Shown here in pieces: positions 1 to 9,411 of a stretch of DNA of 34,174 nucleotides; positions within the stretch are counted from its first letter, which is position 1; every line of letters starts with the position of its first letter. Below the pieces are notes generated by a model. It saw only the letters and a program-made list of their open reading frames with translations, searched no databases and was not told the DNA's origin. Source of the DNA: a virus (Duplodnaviria; Caudoviricetes). The stretch is taken from positions 1 through 34,174 of IMG/VR virus record IMGVR_UViG_3300017589_000286. One strand, written 5' to 3'. The position numbers were made by a program, and so were the translations under genes.

Positions 1-1134
1 CTATTGAGTTTTCATGAAACTTGCAAATTTGTCTGCTGTCTCCTTGCGAACCTCTTTTGTCACATGGTAGTAGATCTGTCTGGTTGTCTGATCATTGCTG
101 TGGCCAAGTCGTTTTTGAATCTCTTCTAAGCCGACTCCGGCAGCTGCCAGCAGGGAAGTATGCGTGTGTCTTAGCTTGTGTGGGGATAAATCCGGATTGT
201 CGATACCCAGCTCCAGAAGGATCTTGCGCATTGGAGCACCTGCTCTGTCATAACGTAGCAGAGTACCGTTAATGTTCTGGAATACGTGTTCGGTGTATTC
301 GGTGTGGGGATACTTCAGCTTCCATTCGGCTTGGCGAACTTTCATTCGCTTCAGGATCTTCAGCGTTCCCTCATCGACACCGATCACACGCCGACTGCTC
401 TTTGTCTTGGGTGGTCTTACATATTGGCCTGTGATTCCTAATGCTCGACTAGTGGTCTTATTCACGGCTAGAGTCATATTCTCAAAGTCGATATCATTCC
501 AAAGCAGTGCTGCAGCTTCACCCGGACGAAGCCCGGTAAAGGATAGCAAATGGTAATACTCATAGAGTGGTGGTTCAAGTTCTTTCGAAGCCTCGAGGAA
601 TCGGATGAGCTCATCTTTTTCAAGATACTTAGGCAAGGGAGTTTCAAAAGTTTCTTCCTTTGCCGGGAGAGTTACACCCCGATATGGTACTGCTGATATG
701 ATCTCTTTATCCATGGCATAGTTGAAGATCATTCTAAGTGTGATGTGGTAGTCTTCGACACGTTTCGGTGTAAACATTTTACTTAGAGTATTGATGACAT
801 CTTGGTATTTTCTCCTGCTAATCAGAGCCACATTTTCTTTACCAAGAATAGTATTTAACCTCCGAACCATGGATAACCGATTAACTGCACTCGTATGCCG
901 GTGATTCTGAGCATAACTCTGCAGCCAGTGTTCAGCCAACTGCTCAAAGGTCATAAGCTTATCGGGGGTATAGTCTGGTAGTCTGCCAAGAGATTCGAAT
1001 TCACCTGCCGCTGCAATAGCGGCTTTTTTTGTTGTGAATCCGCTCAAAGTTTTTTGACTTCTCCGGCCATCAGGCAGCCTGGGGAGCTCAACTGTAACGG
1101 ACCACAGTTTCCCACGTTTTCGGTAATAGGGCAT
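1..1134 (-). CDS. int: Tyrosine recombinase / phage integrase (377 aa)
   Basis: N-terminal arm-binding-like region (GFTTKKAA), TGLRPGE, HKLRHTH, LGH and catalytic-Tyr region (QIYYHV); start moved to ATG 1134 because SD GGAGGT lies at 1142-1147. Confidence 0.96.
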   Translation of the reverse strand: MPYYRKRGKLWSVTVELPRLPDGRRSQKTLSGFTTKKAAIAAAGEFESLGRLPDYTPDKLMTFEQLAEHWLQSYAQNHRHTSAVNRLSMVRRLNTILGKENVALISRRKYQDVINTLSKMFTPKRVEDYHITLRMIFNYAMDKEIISAVPYRGVTLPAKEETFETPLPKYLEKDELIRFLEASKELEPPLYEYYHLLSFTGLRPGEAAALLWNDIDFENMTLAVNKTTSRALGITGQYVRPPKTKSSRRVIGVDEGTLKILKRMKVRQAEWKLKYPHTEYTEHVFQNINGTLLRYDRAGAPMRKILLELGIDNPDLSPHKLRHTHTSLLAAAGVGLEEIQKRLGHSNDQTTRQIYYHVTKEVRKETADKFASFMKTQ

Positions 1135-1267
1135 ACGTGATACCTCCTTGTAAACAATTGTAAAATATGGGAAATGTAATTTGTGGACCAAAATTGCATA
1201 AAAGGCCTCCTTTAGGACTATACGTACGAAATACACCATAATACTTCATAATAAATCAGTATAATAC

Positions 1268-1296
1268 TTGACAAGCTTGTCAGACTGATGTATATT
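1268..1296 (+). promoter_or_regulatory. Sigma-A promoter of the NYN transcript
   Basis: TTGACA(1268-1273)-17 bp-TATATT(1291-1296); perfect palindrome TGACAAGCTTGTCA (1269-1282) overlaps the -35. Confidence 0.8.
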
Positions 1297-1301
1297 TTAG
1301 A

Positions 1302-1381
1302 TGGATCGGGAAACCGATTTAGACGAATATGGGGCTGATTCGGCTTTCGAGCCGGCAGCCCCTTTAGACTTTTTAAGGGGG
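1302..1381 (+). ncRNA. Structured RNA leader / candidate small RNA upstream of NYN nuclease
   Basis: Hairpin ATCGG-GAAA-CCGAT (1305-1318); hairpin GGGGCTG..CGGCT-TTCG-AGCCG..CAGCCCC (1331-1362); TTTAGA at 1296, 1318 and 1363. Confidence 0.6.
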
Positions 1382-1387
1382 ATAAAT

Positions 1388-1996
1388 ATGCTCAGAGCAA
1401 TGGTGTTTATTGATTTTGAGAATTTCAATATTGCCTTGGTAGAGTATTATCGAAAACTTAATTCTAGCAGTTCTTCAATAACCCCAAGATTAGACTACAA
1501 ACAATTACCATGTAATATAGTTCAGATGCTAAAAAATGAGCACTGTTTATGCAAGACGTTTTTATTTGCTCCTAAGCCTGATTTATTTTTAATGGAAAAT
1601 CCTAATAAAAGAAGCACCTACGAATGGCTGCAGGGCATGAAAAACTATGATAATTATGATGTTATAGAAGGCGCCCATGTATCGAGACCTATAGGTGATA
1701 ATCCACCTTCTACGAAAAAAATCAATGATCAGAATACATACTACGTAGAAGAAAAGGGAACCGATATTAACTTAGCAACCCATGTTGTGTCCAAAGGCCT
1801 GTTAAACGCATATGACACAGCGGTTATTGTAAGCGGAGACTCTGACTATCTTCCAGTAATGAGCATCTTAAACACGATTGGTAAAAATGTTGTTGTTGTT
1901 GGTGTTTATGGACAACCCTTAACAAGGTTTAAACAGGTAACCGATCAGCAAATTACTCTTAAAGATAATTTTTTTCAAGACTGCTTAAGGCTTTAA
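1388..1996 (+). CDS. NYN (LabA/DUF88, PIN-like) ribonuclease
   Basis: FIDFENF, EKGTDINLA and IVSGDSDYLP acidic motifs; SD AGGGGG before ATG 1388; AT-rich. Confidence 0.9.
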   Translation: MLRAMVFIDFENFNIALVEYYRKLNSSSSSITPRLDYKQLPCNIVQMLKNEHCLCKTFLFAPKPDLFLMENPNKRSTYEWLQGMKNYDNYDVIEGAHVSRPIGDNPPSTKKINDQNTYYVEEKGTDINLATHVVSKGLLNAYDTAVIVSGDSDYLPVMSILNTIGKNVVVVGVYGQPLTRFKQVTDQQITLKDNFFQDCLRL

Positions 1997-2029
1997 TATT
2001 GCCATTGGCATTGAAACAATTTGAATAGT

Positions 2030-2067
2030 AGGCTCGCTTATACCGAAAGGTAAAGCGGGCTTTTTTT
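2030..2067 (+). terminator. Intrinsic terminator of NYN gene (between convergent NYN and HIRAN genes)
   Basis: GGCTCGCTT.TACC-GAAA-GGTA.AAGCGGGCT followed by a T run. Confidence 0.85.
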
Positions 2068-2087
2068 ATGTATCTTTTATCGTATCT

Positions 2088-2447
2088 CTATAAAAAATCA
2101 GCATCAAGATACTTTACAACAATGTCCAAGTATAATTGGCCGTTCTTCTCCATTACATTCTCAACAACAATATCAAAAAGCAACTCACTCCATATCCGCT
2201 GGTAGTTAATCCGTGCTTCGGCTTTTGGTAAATAACCAATCATCTTTTCCTTGTAATAAAGTTCAATTGCCGGTTCACCGTTGAATCTTGTAGCCACGAA
2301 TGAAATTGAATCACCTGGGCTCATTTTCCGAATGGTTTCTTGTCTGGAGGATCCGCCTGCATTATTGTAAGTCACTCCGGCTACATAGGTCCGAAATGCT
2401 CTATGATTTGTACCTGTAGTAAAATTATTAATGTTTATTCTGTTCAT
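2088..2447 (-). CDS. Stand-alone HIRAN domain protein
   Basis: TYVAGVTY..SRQ..I..M.PGD, AIELYY and MIGYLPK match the HIRAN pattern; SD GAGG. Confidence 0.8.
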   Translation of the reverse strand: MNRININNFTTGTNHRAFRTYVAGVTYNNAGGSSRQETIRKMSPGDSISFVATRFNGEPAIELYYKEKMIGYLPKAEARINYQRIWSELLFDIVVENVMEKNGQLYLDIVVKYLDADFL

Positions 2448-2470
2448 AGACGAAACCTCAACTTCAGAAT

Positions 2471-2734
2471 TTAGGACTTTCTCTCCTCTGTAAAAAGGTA
2501 TAAGGGGACAAATAGGGCAGTGACACCCACGATTTCTAACAGAAGTTTTGTGAAATCTATTTCTGCAACCATAAAACTTAATTCTTGCTCTGTTACCCAG
2601 ATTGGTTCATAGATCTGACCGTAACCAATATTACTATCATTTTGATGGACTATGTTTTTTGGAACGAGGACTATACACAATAGGAACATTAGAAAGGCAT
2701 ATAATGTAATAATGAATTTTCTTTTCGTGTTCAT
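2471..2734 (-). CDS. Small two-TM membrane protein (possible superinfection exclusion)
   Basis: Hydrophobic N- and C-terminal segments; SD AAGGGGG; directly downstream of cI. Confidence 0.7.
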   Translation of the reverse strand: MNTKRKFIITLYAFLMFLLCIVLVPKNIVHQNDSNIGYGQIYEPIWVTEQELSFMVAEIDFTKLLLEIVGVTALFVPLYLFTEERKS

Positions 2735-2797
2735 GGATGAACCCCCTTCAATCTATACTGCTTCTACGGAGCTACATGTTTTGTCATTAACCTTTCT

Positions 2798-3406
2798 TTA
2801 AAACTTCGCTCTCAATTCTACTACCTTACCCACGATAGTAACAGGAAGAGCAGCAATTTGCTCATTTGAATAGAATACAGGTTCGTAACTTGGGTTCGTC
2901 GGTATCAGCATGATGCCTTCGGACCCATTTTTTATTTTCTTAATTGTCGCATCGAAACCATCAACCAGGACAACAGCGATATCCCCGGTGCTGCAGCTTG
3001 ACTGCTGACGAACGATGACTACATCGTTTTCAGAGAAACGCGGTTCCATGGAATCGCCCTTAATCTGCAAACCGAAGTAAACCCCGGTCGAGGCCATATT
3101 GTGATCAATCTCTTCGTAGTCAATGATATCTTCGATTGCTTCGAGAGGGATCCCGGCGGCGATCCGACCCAGGACGGGGATCCAGAGACCTCCGGTTGAG
3201 CGAGGAATACCACTATTTACACCCATTAAGTTATCAATGGAAACCTTGAAGATTTCTGCTATCTTGGCAAGCATTTCCGGATTGGGTGATGATTTGTTTG
3301 ATTCCCATTTAGCAACTGTCTGTTGTGAAACAAAAAGAATTTCTCCGAGCTTTTTTTGCGATATGTTACTAGATTCTCTTACTTTACGAAGTTGTTCTCC
3401 AAACAT
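2798..3406 (-). CDS. cI: CI-like repressor (XRE HTH + S24 autopeptidase)
   Basis: HTH (SQQTVAKWES), AAG cleavage site, GDSMEP catalytic Ser, TIKK catalytic Lys. Confidence 0.95.
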   Translation of the reverse strand: MFGEQLRKVRESSNISQKKLGEILFVSQQTVAKWESNKSSPNPEMLAKIAEIFKVSIDNLMGVNSGIPRSTGGLWIPVLGRIAAGIPLEAIEDIIDYEEIDHNMASTGVYFGLQIKGDSMEPRFSENDVVIVRQQSSCSTGDIAVVLVDGFDATIKKIKNGSEGIMLIPTNPSYEPVFYSNEQIAALPVTIVGKVVELRAKF

Positions 3407-3432
3407 CTAATCACCCCTTTCACCTGCAGAAT

Positions 3433-3529
3433 ACTACTTACGGTTGTATTTGTAAAGAAAAATTTGTAAATCGAGCGTTGACAACAACCAAAAGTAGTGA
3501 TAAGATTAGCATAAACAACATAAGGTTGT
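3433..3529. promoter_or_regulatory. Lysis/lysogeny switch: three operators ACWAC-N5-GTWGT plus rightward promoter
   Basis: ACTACttacgGTTGT 3433-3447, ACAACcaaaaGTAGT 3484-3498, ACAACataagGTTGT 3515-3529; TTGACA 3478-3483, 17 bp, TAAGAT 3501-3506. Confidence 0.85.
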
Positions 3530-3549
3530 TTCGAACGGAGGTGAAAACA

Positions 3550-3756
3550 ATGAAAAGTTGTATTAAAGAGTTTCGTGAAGTAAACAACTTAACTCAAGAT
3601 GATCTAGCAACTTTAATGTGCGTTTCCCAGCAAGCGGTTGCTAAATGGGAAAACGGAGTATCGTTTCCGAGATCAGAGCTTCTGCCTAAGTTAGCCAGGG
3701 TTCTCAAGTGCTCAGTAGATGAGCTACTGAAGTCAAACGTGAAGGAGGTGGAGTAG
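3550..3756 (+). CDS. cro: Cro-like XRE HTH regulator
   Basis: LTQDDLA..VSQQAVAKWENG HTH; divergent from cI; SD GGAGGTG before ATG 3550. Confidence 0.9.
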   Translation: MKSCIKEFREVNNLTQDDLATLMCVSQQAVAKWENGVSFPRSELLPKLARVLKCSVDELLKSNVKEVE

Positions 3757-5160
<1,404 letters not shown>

Positions 5161-5207
5161 AAGGCAAGATGTAGCACCATCAGGCTTAATGGGAGAGTAT
5201 TCAGTTT

Positions 5208-5345
5208 TTACTTTTTCTTGGTTGATTTGGTTTGGGCTAATGCACTGGCTGCCGCGGTTTTCGCATTGTCGCTGTAACGATTATCGCGAAGAACCTTGGA
5301 AGCTATTGTTGCTACTTTCTTACTGGTTTGTTTTTTGTTCGCCAT
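5208..5345 (-). CDS. Small basic protein (45 aa, MANKKQTSKKVATIASKVLRD...)
   Basis: SD AAAGGAGGTGA before ATG 5345; own consensus promoter. Confidence 0.8.
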   Translation of the reverse strand: MANKKQTSKKVATIASKVLRDNRYSDNAKTAAASALAQTKSTKKK

Positions 5346-5418
5346 TGTCTCACCTCCTTTCGAAAACACAATATATAGTGGTTTGCTAATAATAAAACAC
5401 AATATATTGATTGATTCA

Positions 5419-5447
5419 ATTATAATGAGTGTGAGGGTAGTTGTCAA
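5419..5447 (-). promoter_or_regulatory. Perfect consensus sigma-A promoter driving the 45-aa gene
   Basis: Minus strand TTGACA(5447-5442)-17 bp-TATAAT(5424-5419). Confidence 0.88.
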
Positions 5448-5496
5448 TAGATATTTCTACCAAAATTCTACAATTTTTTATAAAGAGGAGTAAATC

Positions 5497-5781
5497 ATGC
5501 CAAAATCCAGACTATATCCATTTTCGACTCAGAAGCACGCACACGATATCGAGTTTGCACTGAATAGAGCACACAACATCCGGCATGATATGGAAGTTGG
5601 CGAGATGCCCAGCACACCCAAAGAATACAAAGCAATATGCAAACACTGTGTGGAACTCGAAGATCTTCTATCGGCAGTCACGAACAGCCGAGACGGCAAG
5701 GTCTGCTGGCTAACAGGTAAACAATTGATGTTAGCCAGGGAACAGGTTGCCTGGGCATACAATCAGAGAAACATTGCATAA
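5497..5781 (+). CDS. Hypothetical phage protein
   Basis: SD GAGGAG; co-oriented in early operon. Confidence 0.8.
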   Translation: MPKSRLYPFSTQKHAHDIEFALNRAHNIRHDMEVGEMPSTPKEYKAICKHCVELEDLLSAVTNSRDGKVCWLTGKQLMLAREQVAWAYNQRNIA

Positions 5782-5793
5782 GGAGGAATCACA

Positions 5794-6183
5794 ATGCTAA
5801 ACATTACTCAGTTAATGCAAAAGCCCCAAGCTCCAGAAACGGATATCAGGGAGCTGGTTTACACACTTACTGAAGAAGAACTCTATAAACTTCTTGGAAC
5901 AATATCCGGATTAATCGAAGGTCGAAAGCAAGCAAAGAAGCGAGAGGAAGAGCTCAAGTCAATTTATGCCAAGCAAGCTCACTACGATGAAATTGAGAGC
6001 ATGCGCCCCTTAACTGCTTTCGAAGCAGCCAATTTGCTGGGAGTCAGTATCAGCACAGTTCGCGAGATGACTCGGCGCGATTTGTCCATCGGTGGTTTAC
6101 GTTGCGAAACCATTGGCAGACGAATCGTGATCCGGCGAGGTTATGTGGATGAGTGGATAGCCACAAATCGCAAGAACAAGTAA
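5794..6183 (+). CDS. Excisionase-like winged-HTH (HTH_17) protein
   Basis: C-terminal PLTAFEAANLLGVSISTVREM..IGRRIVIRRGYVDEWI; SD AAGGAGG. Confidence 0.8.
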   Translation: MLNITQLMQKPQAPETDIRELVYTLTEEELYKLLGTISGLIEGRKQAKKREEELKSIYAKQAHYDEIESMRPLTAFEAANLLGVSISTVREMTRRDLSIGGLRCETIGRRIVIRRGYVDEWIATNRKNK

Positions 6184-6195
6184 GGAGGTTAATCC

Positions 6196-6537
6196 ATGTT
6201 GATCGCTATTAAAAACCCCGGTGAACCCTTGGCTTTCAAAGTCGTTCCGGAGATCTCTTTGAAGCTTCTCCAAGCTCAGGTCCTCGGTTATATTGAAACC
6301 TGTTCAACTTCAGCTTTGCGCAAACTGAACATCGTCATGATCATTAACGAGGAAGGGAAGTTGCGAGGTATGCCGACAAACTTCTGGACCAAGGGTGATG
6401 TAATTGTTGGCCCAGTTGTCTTTGTTAGTCACAAAGGTGAAGAGTTTGGACCGCTTTCAGAAGCTCAGGTTAAGCATCTAAACGAACAATTTATAGATCA
6501 CAAGATCTACCGGGAAGGATGGGAGGAGGTCAAATGA
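6196..6537 (+). CDS. DUF3846-like phage protein
   Basis: LQAQVLGYIE, INEEGKL.GMPTN and IVGPVVF motifs. Confidence 0.8.
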   Translation: MLIAIKNPGEPLAFKVVPEISLKLLQAQVLGYIETCSTSALRKLNIVMIINEEGKLRGMPTNFWTKGDVIVGPVVFVSHKGEEFGPLSEAQVKHLNEQFIDHKIYREGWEEVK

Positions 6538-6896
6538 ATGCCAAAACAGTTTCTAAGATGCCTAAGGTGTCACCTAGATTGGAATGTTTCAATCCATTAT
6601 TCACCACCAGCGAGAGGTTACATTTGCCCGAATTGCGAGAAGAAGAGAGCCATGAAAACACTGGAACGACTGAAGCAGAAGTGCGGTTCATCAAAAGATT
6701 GATCTCCGGTATCCTGATCACAACCATCATTCTTTGGAACATCATTGCTTCATATTCGTTCCGTGGCTACTTTGCTGTTGGCGGCGAGGTTTTCCTCATA
6801 ACAGCTGCTGTGATTTTTGTTCCAATTATAGTTGACAAGATCGAGAGGAGGATACGCAAACATGGCGGAGTTCATCCAGGGAAGCAGAGATTTTAA
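6534..6896 (+). CDS. Hypothetical membrane protein
   Basis: Two hydrophobic segments around RGYFAVGGE; ATGA overlap with upstream stop; SD GGAGG. Confidence 0.75.
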   Translation: MNAKTVSKMPKVSPRLECFNPLFTTSERLHLPELREEESHENTGTTEAEVRFIKRLISGILITTIILWNIIASYSFRGYFAVGGEVFLITAAVIFVPIIVDKIERRIRKHGGVHPGKQRF

Positions 6897-7116
6897 TACA
6901 GCCGTTTACTCGAAGAAAAGAATCTGTGCAACCTGTGGCAAAGAGTTTCTTTGCACTCCGGACTGGGTTTATCGAAAAGGATCCAAATTTTACTGTAAAT
7001 ACTCCTGTTTGCACAAAAAAAGTCGTGCCGATGTGCAACCATCGAACACGACAAACCACGAAAAAACCATCTCAAAGATAACATATTTTCGAAAGGATGT
7101 AAAGAAGAATGAATAA
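6862..7116 (+). CDS. Small Cys-rich (zinc-ribbon-like) protein
   Basis: CATCGKEF..YCKYSC; SD GAGGAGG. Confidence 0.7.
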   Translation: MAEFIQGSRDFNTAVYSKKRICATCGKEFLCTPDWVYRKGSKFYCKYSCLHKKSRADVQPSNTTNHEKTISKITYFRKDVKKNE

Positions 7117-7282
7117 CATTGAACTCAAAATGAATCTCAAGAATGAAACAAAGACCTGTTATCGGTTTGAATACGAAGCCGAAGACGGTACGTTCATGAC
7201 TCTGTATCTCAAAAAGAAACAGGTGGATGATGCGAAGGTCGATCCGGAAAAAGGTATTGTTGTCCGGATCAGCCAGGAATAA
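7109..7282 (+). CDS. Hypothetical 57-aa protein (MNNIELKMNLKNETKTCYRFEY...), absent from ORF track
   Basis: SD AAAGGA; fills the gap, overlaps upstream stop and is coupled by TAATG to the helicase. Confidence 0.75.
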   Translation: MNNIELKMNLKNETKTCYRFEYEAEDGTFMTLYLKKKQVDDAKVDPEKGIVVRISQE

Positions 7283-8979
7283 TGGCTGCCGAGAAGCCGG
7301 TAGTTCGATTTCACGAATCTTTTCTTCGTGTCAAGCTACCGTATCAACTTAAAGACGTAGCGAAAAGCTCAGGGGGACGGTGGGACCCGTTCAATCAAGA
7401 ATGGGTCCTCACACCCACTTCAGAGTCGGTAGAAGCTCTTGGTAACGTTGCCGGGCTGATTGTGGACCTTTCAGCAATGCACCTGTTCAGAACGGCTCAG
7501 AAGTCTAGTGTCCCAGTTGTTAAAACCGCTCAGGACCCAATAGCAGATATGCTGCTTAAGCCCGGGATTATACCCATGGGCCACCAAGTTCAGGGATTCA
7601 ATTTGGCATTACAAAAGTTTGGCTATGGAGTCAAGCCAATGAATAAATTAGGGGGAGGATATGCACTGCTGCATGATCCCGGTTGTGGCAAAACGCTGAC
7701 TGCAATAGCCATTGCTTCTCGGCTACATCTGGACTGTGGTATTCAAAGGATCGTTGTAGTTTGCCCGGTATCGGTTATCCCGGTGTGGCCAATGGAGTGG
7801 CAGAAGTTCTCACAGGTCAATGCAACGGTGACGATCCTTACCGGCACAGTCAAGAACAAGGAAAAGCAACTAAAAGGCCTTCGCTCACAAGGTCTGAATG
7901 TGGTCGTAACTAATTACGAATCCCTGTGGCGAATGGATGAGGTGGTGGCTGCATGGAATCCGGACATGATCATCTGTGATGAAAGCCACAGAATCAAGAA
8001 CTTCGACAGCAAGCAGAGCATAGCACTTCATTCACTAGGAACAGTCACACGGTTTCGGATTATCATGACTGGGACAGTGATCACCAACAAGCCATTGGAT
8101 GTCTGGAGTCAATTCAGATTTGCGGAGCCTAAACTTTTTGCCAGCAGCTACTATGCTTTCAGAAATCGCTATGCAACTATGGGAGGGTTCAATGACAAAG
8201 TGGTCGTGGCATATAAGAAGCTCAATGAACTCTCTGAAAAAATCTACACTGCAGCACACCGTGTGACCAAAGCTGAAGCATTGGATCTTCCGGAATACAC
8301 AGATCAATTCCTTTACTGCACACTCGAACCCAAAGCTCGAGCCGTTTATGAGCAGCTCAAAGAAGATGCAGTGGCTGAGCTCGAACATGATCACATTATT
8401 ACAGCACCAAAGATTGTTACCAGGATCCTTCGACTTATGCAGCTGACCGGTGGATTTGCTAAGGCCGATGAAGCGGAAAACGTTTCATCTGTCAGCATAG
8501 CAAAATTAACCTTGCTTGAGGATACGCTGGAAGATCTTCTATATCAGGAGAAAAAGATCGTGATCTTCGCTCGCTTTGTAGCTGAGCTCGAAGCAATCGG
8601 CAATGTTTGCTCAAAGCTTGTTGGTGAGGATGGCGTTCGCCGGATTCAAGGAGCGACACCACAATCGCTTCGAGGGAAGGCAGTGGAAGACTTTCAAACC
8701 GATCCAAATGTGAAGTTGTTCATAGCACAAACAGCAACCGCCGGACTTGGCATCACACTTCATGCTGCAGACACTTGCATTTTCTATTCACTTGACTACA
8801 ACTACGGAAACTATGAACAAGCGAAGGCCAGAATACATCGAACTGGGCAAAGAAATGCTTGCACAGCAATTCACCTATTAGCTAGTAAAACCATTGATGA
8901 AATCGTTCTTGAAACCGTTCAAGAAAAAAGAGATCTCTCAGCCAAGATCATCGATGACTGGAGATCACTGTTCAAATAA
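7282..8979 (+). CDS. SNF2-family (DEAH-box-like) helicase
   Basis: PGCGKT Walker A, DESH, MTGT and ARIHRTGQ motif VI; small N-terminal RWDP..W domain. Confidence 0.93.
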   Translation: MAAEKPVVRFHESFLRVKLPYQLKDVAKSSGGRWDPFNQEWVLTPTSESVEALGNVAGLIVDLSAMHLFRTAQKSSVPVVKTAQDPIADMLLKPGIIPMGHQVQGFNLALQKFGYGVKPMNKLGGGYALLHDPGCGKTLTAIAIASRLHLDCGIQRIVVVCPVSVIPVWPMEWQKFSQVNATVTILTGTVKNKEKQLKGLRSQGLNVVVTNYESLWRMDEVVAAWNPDMIICDESHRIKNFDSKQSIALHSLGTVTRFRIIMTGTVITNKPLDVWSQFRFAEPKLFASSYYAFRNRYATMGGFNDKVVVAYKKLNELSEKIYTAAHRVTKAEALDLPEYTDQFLYCTLEPKARAVYEQLKEDAVAELEHDHIITAPKIVTRILRLMQLTGGFAKADEAENVSSVSIAKLTLLEDTLEDLLYQEKKIVIFARFVAELEAIGNVCSKLVGEDGVRRIQGATPQSLRGKAVEDFQTDPNVKLFIAQTATAGLGITLHAADTCIFYSLDYNYGNYEQAKARIHRTGQRNACTAIHLLASKTIDEIVLETVQEKRDLSAKIIDDWRSLFK

Positions 8980-8991
8980 AGGAGGACAACT

Positions 8992-9396
8992 ATGAATTTA
9001 TTCGATTTAGCCAAAGAATACCGCGCTGCCAAAGATGCTCGACTTGAAGCCGATGCGAGAGCTGAGGAACTCAAGCAACTTGAAAAAGAGCTCGAGGAAA
9101 AGCTCGTTACCGAAATGGAAACCAGCGATACCAGTGAATTCGCTGTAGATGGCACCAAGTTTAGTTATAACACAAAGATCACTGCAAATTGCCCTGTAGC
9201 TAACCGTGAAGCACTGATCAATGCTCTCAAGCGCAAGGGTTTTGGCGATATTGTCAAACCTACCATCAATGCTCAAACCTTAACAGCCTTCGTCAAAGAG
9301 CAAGCCGATGAGGCCGGGAACTTACCTGAGTGGATCGGAAAACTTGTTACAACCTTTGTCGTAAAATCCATTGGCATGAGAAAAGCCACAAAATAA
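8992..9396 (+). CDS. Phage replication-module protein (coiled-coil N-terminus)
   Basis: SD AAGGAGG; INAQTLTAFVKE motif recurrent in phage replication modules. Confidence 0.8.
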   Translation: MNLFDLAKEYRAAKDARLEADARAEELKQLEKELEEKLVTEMETSDTSEFAVDGTKFSYNTKITANCPVANREALINALKRKGFGDIVKPTINAQTLTAFVKEQADEAGNLPEWIGKLVTTFVVKSIGMRKATK

Positions 9397-9411
9397 GAAA
9401 GGATGAAAAAC

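Noticed and set aside
1135-1239. 35-aa N-terminal extension of the integrase
   Set aside because: A strong SD and typical N-terminus support ATG 1134
1301-1387. N-terminal extension of the NYN ORF from ATG 1301
   Set aside because: ATG 1301 is only 4 nt after the -10 and has no SD; the NYN fold begins at 1388, which has an SD
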